Below are positions 1 through 8,165 of a stretch of DNA of 24,000 nt, one piece after another. A program made the position numbers and the translations under genes. The stretch is from the NCBI GenBank assembly GCA_945871445.1, contig CAMBWI010000017.1:6911-30910 (forward strand), written 5' to 3'. Each line of letters opens with the position of its first letter. Position 1 is the first letter of the stretch. The notes under the pieces are model-generated. The model searched no databases, was not told where the DNA came from, and saw nothing but the letters and a program-made list of their open reading frames with translations. This DNA is from Singulisphaera sp. GP187 (GTDB taxonomy: Bacteria > Planctomycetota > Phycisphaerae > Phycisphaerales > SM1A02).

Positions 1-2037
1 GGCTCTGTGCAATTGAGTGCATCGCCCAATGCTTCGCATCTGGAGTTCGTGAACGGAATCGTGCTTGGTCGCACGCGTGCAAAGCAAGATCTTCGCGATG
101 ACAGCGATCGACGAGAAGTCATTCCTGTCTTGGTCCACGGCGACTCTTCTTTTCCTGGGCAAGGATCTGTTTCTGAGTGCTTCAACTTTATGAAACTCGG
201 TGGATATGACGTCGGGGGTGCGCTTCATGTGATCATCAATAATCAAGTTGGATTTACGACAAATCCCGAGAACACTTTCGGCGGGCAATACTGCTCAGAT
301 TTAGCGAAAGCGTATGATGTTCCCATTTTTCACGTCAACGGCGACGATCCAGAAGCGTGCGTGTGGGCGATGCAAACTGCGACTGAATTCCGTCAAGACT
401 TCGGGCGTGATGCGCTCGTCGAACTCTGGTGCTATCGCAAGAACGGCCATAATGAAACTGACGAGCCTTCATTCACGCAACCGATGCTCTATCGCAGAGT
501 TCGCAATCATGTCCCAGTCGCCAAAACATATAGCGAACGATTGATTTCGCAAGGCGTGATTTCTGCTGAAGATGCGCAAGGGCTGATTCAGAAAATTTAC
601 GACCGAATGGACGCGGCGCAAACTGCCGTCAAGGCAAAGCCTGTCTTCCCTGCTGTTGCCGGATTTCAAGGACGCTGGAAGGAATTCGGCAATCCGTATC
701 ACAACGAAAAAACTGAAACCGGCGTCGCGCTTGCGACACTTGTCAAGATTTGCTCTGTCATCTCCTCGATTCCAGATCACATCACGCCACATCGAACGAT
801 CGCTCGAACGATTGCTGCCCGCATGAACTTCGATACCGATACGAAGATCGACTGGGCAACTGCAGAACTCATGGCGTATGGATCGCTGCTGATAGACGGC
901 TCTACAGTTCGTATCAGCGGGCAAGATGTTGAGCGCGGAACTTTCAGTCATCGACATGCGCTTGTGTTTTGTCAAGACACTGGTGGTCGTTGGAGCCCTC
1001 TTGAGAATTTAGGGAAATTTCAAATTTGGAATAGCCCTCTGACAGAAAATGCGGTCGTTGGATTTGAATTGGGATATGCGCAAACAGATCCAAACGCTCT
1101 TGTGATCTGGGAAGCACAGTTCGGCGATTTCGCCAATGGCGCACAAGTGATATTCGATCAGTTTCTGACAAGTGGTGAAGTGAAGTGGGATCGCGCTTCT
1201 GGACTGGTCCTCTTGCTGCCGCATGGGTATGAAGGACAAGGTCCAGAGCATTCCTCCGCAAGACTTGAGCGATTTCTGCAAATGTCGGCCGGCAATAATT
1301 TTGAAGCGGTCTATCCATCGACAACTGCCCAACTTTTCCATGTTCTTCGCAGACAAGTCAAACGCAATTTCCGCAAGCCTTTGGTCGTCATGACTCCCAA
1401 GAGCATGCTTCGACTGCCTGCCGCACAAAGTGTCGGGTCTGACTTTGTGCAAGGACATTTTCAGTGTGTCCTTGATGATCCAAATGCGCAGAAGGCGCCG
1501 CTGATTTCTCGGGTGTACTTCTGCTCCGGAAAATATTTCCACGAACTTTGTGCGCAACGAGAAATTGTCGGAGATCACAACTGCGCATTCGTGCGCATCG
1601 AACAACTTGCCCCGTTTCCCGCCGAAGAGGTTGAAGCGATCTTGAAGAAGTACCGCGACGCAGAGATGCACTGGGTCCAAGAAGAACCACGAAATATGGG
1701 CGCGTATCGATTTGTGCAAGCACAGATGATGGACTGCTTTGGGGTCAATCCGAAGTATGTCGGTCGTCCAGATTCTGCGACACCCGCAGTCGGTTCTACC
1801 AAGGCGCACGAAAAACAAGCACATACACTCTTTGTGCAAGTCTTTCCTTCGATGTCCACGGATAAACTGGAAAGCACTCCAAAAGAATCTGCGGCCAAAT
1901 CGAATGATGTTTCTGCAGGCCAAAAGACAGATACTCCAAAAGTCGATCTCGTTGCGCATGAAGGCGAAAATAAAAATAGCAAAACGAAAGAAAGCAAGTC
2001 ATCAAGTGGGCGCAAACCCGCTACGAACAAAAGATAA
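1..2037 (+). CDS. sucA: 2-oxoglutarate dehydrogenase E1 component, C-terminal ~678 aa (5' end lies outside the window)
   Basis: The reading frame is open from base 1, and the ORF track start at 7 is only the first possible start codon. E1o-type segments are present: HGDSSFPGQG, NGHNETDEPSFTQP, GYEGQGPEHSSARLERFLQ and EEPRNMGAY. The E2 gene follows 15 nt downstream. The last ~60 aa form a K/S/T-rich extension beyond the usual E1o end. Confidence 0.93.
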   Translation, partial: GSVQLSASPNASHLEFVNGIVLGRTRAKQDLRDDSDRREVIPVLVHGDSSFPGQGSVSECFNFMKLGGYDVGGALHVIINNQVGFTTNPENTFGGQYCSDLAKAYDVPIFHVNGDDPEACVWAMQTATEFRQDFGRDALVELWCYRKNGHNETDEPSFTQPMLYRRVRNHVPVAKTYSERLISQGVISAEDAQGLIQKIYDRMDAAQTAVKAKPVFPAVAGFQGRWKEFGNPYHNEKTETGVALATLVKICSVISSIPDHITPHRTIARTIAARMNFDTDTKIDWATAELMAYGSLLIDGSTVRISGQDVERGTFSHRHALVFCQDTGGRWSPLENLGKFQIWNSPLTENAVVGFELGYAQTDPNALVIWEAQFGDFANGAQVIFDQFLTSGEVKWDRASGLVLLLPHGYEGQGPEHSSARLERFLQMSAGNNFEAVYPSTTAQLFHVLRRQVKRNFRKPLVVMTPKSMLRLPAAQSVGSDFVQGHFQCVLDDPNAQKAPLISRVYFCSGKYFHELCAQREIVGDHNCAFVRIEQLAPFPAEEVEAILKKYRDAEMHWVQEEPRNMGAYRFVQAQMMDCFGVNPKYVGRPDSATPAVGSTKAHEKQAHTLFVQVFPSMSTDKLESTPKESAAKSNDVSAGQKTDTPKVDLVAHEGENKNSKTKESKSSSGRKPATNKR

Positions 2038-2052
2038 GGCGAGGTAATACAC

Positions 2053-3288
2053 ATGGTTGAAGTCGTTGTTCCAAGTCCAGGCGAATCCATAACAGAAGTC
2101 ACTCTTGGAACTTGGCGCAAGAGTGATGGCGATTGGGTGGAGAAGGATGAACTTCTCAATGAAATTGATTCGGACAAGGCCACTTTGGAATTGCTCTCCC
2201 CCGCATCTGGCGCGATTCGATTGGTTGCGAAGTCTGGAACAGAGCAAAAAGTCGGAACGCTTGTTGCGAAGATTGATGAAACTGCATCACGACCAGCCGG
2301 ATCAGTTGCTGCAAAAAATACGAAAGCCACCGCTGTTACCACCGTGACTCCAACGGCAAAAGAGCCCAGCAAGACTGTGGCGAAAGTTTCGATTGATTCT
2401 CCAACACGCATTTCTGGAGTTGCGAAAAAGATGGCTGCTGATCGTGGCATTGATGCGGGAGCACTCGAAGGAAGCGGTCCATCAGGACGAGTGATGAAAA
2501 TTGATATTGAAGGAGCGGCGAAAAGTGGCGGTGCTACAGCGGTAACAATTGCGCACGCATCGAAGGCACTGCCAGGAACTCGAACCATTCGCCGCGAAAA
2601 GATGACTCGCCTGCGACAACGAATTGCAGAACGACTTGTCAGTGCGCAACACACGGCGGCGATGCTGACCACTTTCAATGAAGTAGACATGACCGAAGTG
2701 ATTCGACTTCGTAAAGAACACAAGGCTGATTTCGAAAAAACACACGGCGTTAGTTTGGGATTCATGGGATTCTTTCTTCGCTCTTGTGTCTCTGCTCTGC
2801 AGCACTTTCCGCGGGCGAATGCGTATCTCGCTGGCGATGAAATGGAATTCCATGAATATGTAGATGTTGGCGTTGCGGTTGGAACAGAGCGTGGACTTGT
2901 GGTGCCCGTGATCCGCAATGCAGAAGCGATGGCGTTGCCAGAAATCGAGAAGACACTCAAATCATTCGCCTTACGGGCGCGTGACGGAAAATTGACAGTC
3001 GACGAAATGACTGGTGGAACTTTCACGATCTCGAATGGTGGCGTTTATGGATCGCTGATGTCGACGCCAATCTTGAATCCACCACAATCTGCGATTCTGG
3101 GCATGCACACTATTAAGAAAAGAGCGGTCGAAGATCCCCACAATCCAGGACAAATCGCTCTTCGTCCAATGATGTATCTCGCTCTTTCGTACGACCATCG
3201 AATCATCGACGGATCAGAAGCTGTTGGTTTCCTCGTTCACGTCAAAGATTGCATCGAAAACCCTGAGCGACTCTTGCTTGATGTGTAA
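2053..3288 (+). CDS. sucB: Dihydrolipoyllysine-residue succinyltransferase, E2 component of 2-oxoglutarate dehydrogenase
   Basis: It has an N-terminal lipoyl domain with the lipoyl-lysine motif ([11 protein letters not shown]). It also has a peripheral subunit-binding domain ([28 protein letters not shown]) and a C-terminal acyltransferase domain with the DHRIIDG active-site motif. A GAGG-like ribosome-binding site lies upstream of the ATG, directly after sucA. Confidence 0.95.
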   Translation: MVEVVVPSPGESITEVTLGTWRKSDGDWVEKDELLNEIDSDKATLELLSPASGAIRLVAKSGTEQKVGTLVAKIDETASRPAGSVAAKNTKATAVTTVTPTAKEPSKTVAKVSIDSPTRISGVAKKMAADRGIDAGALEGSGPSGRVMKIDIEGAAKSGGATAVTIAHASKALPGTRTIRREKMTRLRQRIAERLVSAQHTAAMLTTFNEVDMTEVIRLRKEHKADFEKTHGVSLGFMGFFLRSCVSALQHFPRANAYLAGDEMEFHEYVDVGVAVGTERGLVVPVIRNAEAMALPEIEKTLKSFALRARDGKLTVDEMTGGTFTISNGGVYGSLMSTPILNPPQSAILGMHTIKKRAVEDPHNPGQIALRPMMYLALSYDHRIIDGSEAVGFLVHVKDCIENPERLLLDV

Positions 3289-3319
3289 CGGTTCTGGCAA
3301 ATTTCACGGAGAGTGAGTC

Positions 3320-3973
3320 ATGAAAACAAATTTTCCAATGCGAAAAATTCTTTCGGTTTTGATTCTGGGCAGTTGTTCGACACTTCTGGCAATTGGATGT
3401 GGCGAAAGCGAAGACAACACAACTGCGACTGGGAAAACAACTGCGGGAACACCTGCAAATCGCGGATACACCCCACCGGTTATCACTGTAGACCTTGTGA
3501 AATTTGCAAAAGATTTTGGCGCAGCTTTTCAATTTCAAGCCGACAGTCTTGAGACTATGGCGAGTGGAAAAACACTGAATGCACAGCAGAGCACTGCATA
3601 CTTTGAAGCTCAAAACAACGCCACAAAGATCGCTGTGGAACTTTCAGACCTTCTACAAAAAAACCATCGTTGGCAACGCGCAACAACAGAAGCACTCGAG
3701 GCAAATTCAAAAAAAGGAATCATTGCCCTTTATCATGCAGAGAAGAACTACAAGAAGGCGAAACAATCAGGCTCCGCCGGATCCCTGACTGGTAAATGTC
3801 CGGCCAATATCACGAAGTATGTTGCGGACAAAACCCTAATTCTTACTCAGATTCGCGGATTGATGCCATACTCGAAGAGTGAGATGGCACCGCCGAGTAC
3901 TAAGACCGATGCTAAGACCGATGCCAAAAGCGACGATTCAAAATCCAGCCCGAAAGAACAATCGCCTCAATAA
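3320..3973 (+). CDS. Hypothetical lipoprotein of unknown function
   Basis: The N-terminus reads MKTNFPMRKILSVLILGSCSTLLAIGC, with a basic n-region, a hydrophobic core and a lipobox-like AIGC. GGAG lies upstream of the ATG. The C-terminus is low complexity (KTDAKTDAKSDDSKSS), encoded partly by a 12-nt tandem duplication at 3901-3924. I recognise no family. Confidence 0.6.
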   Translation: MKTNFPMRKILSVLILGSCSTLLAIGCGESEDNTTATGKTTAGTPANRGYTPPVITVDLVKFAKDFGAAFQFQADSLETMASGKTLNAQQSTAYFEAQNNATKIAVELSDLLQKNHRWQRATTEALEANSKKGIIALYHAEKNYKKAKQSGSAGSLTGKCPANITKYVADKTLILTQIRGLMPYSKSEMAPPSTKTDAKTDAKSDDSKSSPKEQSPQ

Positions 3974-4020
3974 AGGTGGCCACTCAAATCGTGGACTGCT
4001 TGGCGTCTTCAACGCACTTA

Positions 4021-6090
4021 TCAACGACTAGTAGATTTGCTGGCGGCAGACTTGCTTCCTGTCGCTTTCGTTGTGCTTGATTTAGGCGAACTAGCAGGAG
4101 TCTGTGTTCGAGAACTGGATCGTGACTTCGGATGCGCTGGTAAAGAAGTCGTAGTGGCTGACATTCCGGGCGCATCTGGCGAATATTCCGCTGCGAGATC
4201 TTCATCGCCGGTGGCATCGGTAAAAATCAACGCTGCTTCGACACGATCCTTTGCATCAGCAGGCAAATCTTGGCCCGAAGAAAGAATCGCTGCGCGACGA
4301 CTGGGAATTTGATCGGGCTTGACTCCCAAATACTGCAATGATTCATCGATCACATCTCGCACGACTGGGCCAGCAATCGATCCTCCAAAGTGCCCTTTCT
4401 TCTTATCGGGGTCATCAATCACACACAACACAACAATGCGTGGATTTTCGTAAGGCGCGCCTGCAATAAAATTTGCGACATAGCGATCTTCGAAATATCC
4501 CTTTCCTTGGCCTGCTGGTTTTGGAAGTTGTGCAGTTCCAGACTTTCCAAACATCCGATAGAGCGCGCTCTGCGCTTTTCGCCCTGTTCCTTCGGTCAAG
4601 ACACCTTCCATTGCAGATCTTGTTTCGCGTGCAAGATTCGCTGGCATGACTTGTGTTTGAACTGTTGCGAGAACTCTTCCGTCTGAGCCTATCGGCAATG
4701 CGATGCGCGGCTGCGGCATCCATCCATCGTTACAGAACGAACTGAATGCGCGGACCATCTGGACTGGCGTCACTCCAATTTCATGCCCCATTGCGACCGA
4801 GGTCTGCGTGTATTTCGACCATGCTGACGGCGGAGTGACGAGACCTGTTGTTTCTCCAGGTACTCCAAGATTCGTCAAGCAACCGAATCCAAATCGATTC
4901 ACAACTTTGTTCTGCATGTCTTCAAAAGACATTCGCTCACCCGCGATAGCCATTCCACTGTTGAGACTTTTCACGAGCACTGTTCGCCATGAAACTGGAC
5001 CGTAATATTTGACATCACGAATCGCACGGCCAAATGATGTGCGATGTGGGCCAGCGCTTGGCGTCGGAACTTTCGTGTTGATTGAAAAGATCCCAAGTTC
5101 TGTGGCGGTTTCCCACACGAATGGTTTGAATGTCGAGCCTGGTTCAAATGGATCGGTCAGGCAACGATTGCGGCCAAGCGCGGGGTCGATGCGACGGGAA
5201 GGATCCGTTGTGATTTCCTTCCATCCAGTTCGCGATCGAAGGATGTCGACCATTGCCAAGACATCGCCAGTCTGAGGATCGAATGCAACAAGTCGACCGC
5301 CACCTGCGTTGTATTCACGAACCGCTTCAGAAAGACGACGCTCCGCAATGTCTTGAAGTACGACATCGATTGAGAGACGCACATCTGCACCATCATCTGC
5401 TGGAACAAATTGACCGTCTTCGATGTGCAGAACATTGCGTTGAACATCGCGCAGAAAAGTCAGCTTCCCATTCTTTGCAGAAAGTTTCGAATCAAAGCTC
5501 AGCTCTGCTCCTGAAAGACCCTTTTGCTCAAATCCAACTTTCCCAACGATTGGCGCTGCGACAGAACCTTGTGGATATTCGCGCACAAGTTTCGATTCGA
5601 TTCCAATTCCTTCGATGTCGAGACCTTTCACTCCATCCAGTTCGAGTTCGGAAAGATCGCCATCAATCACAACATATCGATCATCCGCACGCATTCTCAA
5701 AATACCTTCTATATCTGCTGCGGGCCTGCGAAGAACAGTCGAGAGTGACTCTGCGGCATCTGTAAATGGATCGGTGGAAAATGACGCTTGTGGATCGCTC
5801 TTCAATCCAAGGCGAATTTTGTCGTTGCCACGTTTCCAAATTGTTGCTGGATCAGCGAAGAGCCGATATCCCACGACACTTGTCGCCAATATTCTGCCTC
5901 GACGATCAAGGAGTCGTCCACGCGCTGCAAGTTCGGTCGATGTTGATGTTCTCGATCCCATCGCGGGGATCAACTTTGAGGGCGGGAGCGTTTTCAGTTG
6001 AGCTGTGCGTACAAGCGTTGCGCCAAGCGCAACAATCGTCACAATCAAAACACCGCGAGATAATCCGCGGATGCGGGATGAAGCAATCAT
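4021..6090 (-). CDS. ftsI: Class B penicillin-binding protein / peptidoglycan D,D-transpeptidase (FtsI-type)
   Basis: It has an N-terminal membrane anchor (GVLIVTIVALGATLV) and the three transpeptidase motifs: SxxK (STFKP), SxN (SLN) and K[ST]G (KSGTA). Its start overlaps the stop of the upstream FtsL-like ORF in an ATGA junction, and rsmH lies upstream. The C-terminal ~65 aa are an S/T/K-rich low-complexity tail. Confidence 0.9.
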   Translation of the reverse strand: MIASSRIRGLSRGVLIVTIVALGATLVRTAQLKTLPPSKLIPAMGSRTSTSTELAARGRLLDRRGRILATSVVGYRLFADPATIWKRGNDKIRLGLKSDPQASFSTDPFTDAAESLSTVLRRPAADIEGILRMRADDRYVVIDGDLSELELDGVKGLDIEGIGIESKLVREYPQGSVAAPIVGKVGFEQKGLSGAELSFDSKLSAKNGKLTFLRDVQRNVLHIEDGQFVPADDGADVRLSIDVVLQDIAERRLSEAVREYNAGGGRLVAFDPQTGDVLAMVDILRSRTGWKEITTDPSRRIDPALGRNRCLTDPFEPGSTFKPFVWETATELGIFSINTKVPTPSAGPHRTSFGRAIRDVKYYGPVSWRTVLVKSLNSGMAIAGERMSFEDMQNKVVNRFGFGCLTNLGVPGETTGLVTPPSAWSKYTQTSVAMGHEIGVTPVQMVRAFSSFCNDGWMPQPRIALPIGSDGRVLATVQTQVMPANLARETRSAMEGVLTEGTGRKAQSALYRMFGKSGTAQLPKPAGQGKGYFEDRYVANFIAGAPYENPRIVVLCVIDDPDKKKGHFGGSIAGPVVRDVIDESLQYLGVKPDQIPSRRAAILSSGQDLPADAKDRVEAALIFTDATGDEDLAAEYSPDAPGMSATTTSLPAHPKSRSSSRTQTPASSPKSSTTKATGSKSAASKSTSR

Positions 6091-6398
6091 CCTCCAAGCT
6101 CCACGCGTGTCGTGCGATCATCTTCCTGCCCCTGAACGCCTGACGGCAGTTCTTCGATTCGATATGGGATTGCACGCCAACGACGATCAAGTCGCTGTAC
6201 GGCAGTTCGTATTTCGTCGGGTCTTGTTCGACGCGCGATTTCCGCACGAAGTGACCAGAGAGTTCTTTCTTGTTCGAGCATTCGCCAGTGGGCACGCGAG
6301 ATGTCGCGCGCAAGTTCGTATCGCTGTTGGCGTTGTACAAGCACGCCACACGCGAGTATTCCAATTCCTAGAACAATTGCTGTAATTTTGGCGAACAA
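6087..6398 (-). CDS. FtsL-like bitopic cell-division protein (103 aa)
   Basis: It has one N-terminal TM helix (ITAIVLGIGILACGVLV) followed by a charged, heptad-like helical region (ELARDISRAHWRMLEQERTLWSLRAEIARR). It sits in the canonical FtsL position just upstream of ftsI, with a 4-nt ATGA overlap. The start is TTG and there is no in-frame ATG near the N-terminus. The call rests on architecture and position rather than on strong sequence motifs. Confidence 0.5.
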   Translation of the reverse strand: MFAKITAIVLGIGILACGVLVQRQQRYELARDISRAHWRMLEQERTLWSLRAEIARRTRPDEIRTAVQRLDRRWRAIPYRIEELPSGVQGQEDDRTTRVELGG

Positions 6399-6413
6399 CT
6401 GAGAAGTTCCGTA

Positions 6414-7166
6414 TCAGATGTCGTAAGGAATTCTCAAAGGCTTGCCAATCTTAAGATCGGATGGTCCCTTCATGCGATCACGATTTGCGTCATAGATCAA
6501 TTCCCATTTCTTCGATGTTCCAAGTTCACGCGCTGCGATTGCTCCAAGCGTGTCACCTTTCTGTATGACATATTCCCTGGTGGTTGATTGCTCAACTGGT
6601 TGAACTTGCTGTTGTAGTTGTTGGTTGGGATCGGTGACCGCAGGCAACTGTTGTGCGGGCACGATTGGTGCCGACGCAACAGCGGGAACTTCACCTCGAA
6701 GAACACTCGCTGATGGCAAACGAATTATTGTTCCTTTGCGAAGCTTGGTGGGATTTGAAATTGTGGACTTGTTGAAATCTGCAAGTTCCTTCCAGAGATT
6801 TCCATTTCCATATTTCGTCTGGCAGATTTTATAGAGCGTCTCTCCATCTTTGAGTGTGTGCAACTCTGCAGGCACTCCAACAGCGACAGGCTGAGTGACG
6901 GATGCTGGAATCAAGCCATTTGGAAGTGCGACCGTATCACCACTTGCAGGCATTTGACCGCCCCCAGCATTCATGCCAGGACGATTGTTGACCTGAATCG
7001 TTTGAATTGAAATTGGAGCAGCGGGACGAACTTCGCGAATTGTGTTCGCAGCAAGATCTGCGGGATTGCGCCGCTGCGTTGCGGAAAAATGATCCGAAAC
7101 AAGAATTCCTACGAAGAGGAGAAGTCCGAATCCGAGTACGACGGCGAGTTTGTGTTCACGTGTCAT
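6414..7166 (-). CDS. Membrane-anchored protein with two LysM peptidoglycan-binding domains
   Basis: It has an N-terminal TM helix (LAVVLGFGLLLFVGILV). Two LysM-like repeats are present: HTLKDGETLYKICQTKYGNGNLWKELADFNKSTISNPTKLRKGTIIRLP and YVIQKGDTLGAIAARELGTSKKWELIYDANRDRMKGPSDLKIGKPLRIP. They are separated by P/Q/A-rich linkers, and no catalytic domain is visible. Confidence 0.85.
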   Translation of the reverse strand: MTREHKLAVVLGFGLLLFVGILVSDHFSATQRRNPADLAANTIREVRPAAPISIQTIQVNNRPGMNAGGGQMPASGDTVALPNGLIPASVTQPVAVGVPAELHTLKDGETLYKICQTKYGNGNLWKELADFNKSTISNPTKLRKGTIIRLPSASVLRGEVPAVASAPIVPAQQLPAVTDPNQQLQQQVQPVEQSTTREYVIQKGDTLGAIAARELGTSKKWELIYDANRDRMKGPSDLKIGKPLRIPYDI

Positions 7167-7232
7167 TGGTGCAACGTCCTTGTTGGCTTTTTGTTGGCTG
7201 AAGTGAGAATGTCGAGCGAGAGTGCGAGTGGT

Positions 7233-8165
7233 TTACTTGTGAGCGATACGACTGACTGTCCGAAGCTTTGCTGATCTTGACCTTGAGTTGTCGGCGATTT
7301 CAGAATCACCTGCAATCAACGGCTTTCGATTCACCCTATGAACGAGTCCTTCGTCCGCAAGGCTGACGAATGTTCGCTTTACTTGTCGGTCCTCCAAAGA
7401 ATGGAAGGAAATCACCGCAACCCGTGCTTCCGATGAAAGCCACCCAACACTCGTGGAGCGGATCGCCGAAGCGATCGACTTCAGAAGATCTTCCAGTGCC
7501 TTCAGTTCGTCGTTGACCGCGATCCTGAGAGCCATGAAGGTCCGAGTAGCAGGGTGCAATCTCGAATCACGAGCGCGCGAGCCATATGCCTCGCGCACAA
7601 GTCGAGCCAAATGCGCCGTCGTAACAATCGGCGCTTGAGAGCGACTTTGTGCAATTTTCCGTGCAATCAATCTTGCAAATGGATCCTCACCAAGATTGAA
7701 AATCAAGTCCGCAATATCGGACTCTCCAAGATCACGAATGATGTCAGCTGCGGAATATGCGGCCGTGCGATCAAGCCGCATATCAAGCAGACCGTCGTTC
7801 TGAAATCCGAAACCGCGCTCTGCTTGATCGAGTTGATTGCTTGAGATACCAAGATCCGCCAGCACAATATCTGCGCAAATACCTTGTTTTTTAGCAATTT
7901 CCGCAACATTTCGAAAATCACCATGCACTGCTTCGACTTGCGAATCTGGCGCAGCGGCACGAACCGATGATTCGGCATACGCAAGATTGTCTTTGTCGCG
8001 ATCAAGCAGAAGGATGCGACCGGGATTGATTGCGGCAGCGATCGCACTGGCGTGTCCTCCGCGTCCTGCGGTTGCGTCAATAAAACAATCCCCCTTCTTT
8101 GGAGCGACCGACTGCAAGACTTCTGTCAAAAGTACTGGAATATGCCCTGAATCGCAGTCACTCAC
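7233..8165 (-). CDS. rsmH: 16S rRNA (cytosine1402-N4)-methyltransferase RsmH (MraW)
   Basis: RsmH hallmarks are present: HIPVLLTEVL, the SAM-binding segment DATAGRGGHA, DLGISSNQLD and SFHSLEDR. The GTG start overlaps the TGA stop of the upstream glycosyltransferase gene (GTGA at 8162-8165). Confidence 0.93.
   Translation of the reverse strand: MSDCDSGHIPVLLTEVLQSVAPKKGDCFIDATAGRGGHASAIAAAINPGRILLLDRDKDNLAYAESSVRAAAPDSQVEAVHGDFRNVAEIAKKQGICADIVLADLGISSNQLDQAERGFGFQNDGLLDMRLDRTAAYSAADIIRDLGESDIADLIFNLGEDPFARLIARKIAQSRSQAPIVTTAHLARLVREAYGSRARDSRLHPATRTFMALRIAVNDELKALEDLLKSIASAIRSTSVGWLSSEARVAVISFHSLEDRQVKRTFVSLADEGLVHRVNRKPLIAGDSEIADNSRSRSAKLRTVSRIAHK

Noticed and set aside
469-1959. Several minus-strand ORFs of 111-316 aa inside sucA (469-975, 944-1324, 1009-1959, 1388-1723).
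   Set aside because: All lie antisense to the strongly supported E1 reading frame, and none has recognisable features.
1575-3026. A 483-aa ORF on the minus strand spanning the sucA/sucB junction.
   Set aside because: It lies antisense to two genes with unambiguous family motifs. Its translation is S/A/R-rich low-information sequence with no recognisable motif. Long antisense ORFs of this kind are a common by-product of codon bias.
3974-4020. A bidirectional terminator at the convergent junction between the lipoprotein gene and ftsI.
   Set aside because: Only short palindromes are present (GTGGCCAC and a 4-bp GCGT/ACGC stem), with no convincing stem plus U-tract, so no terminator is called.
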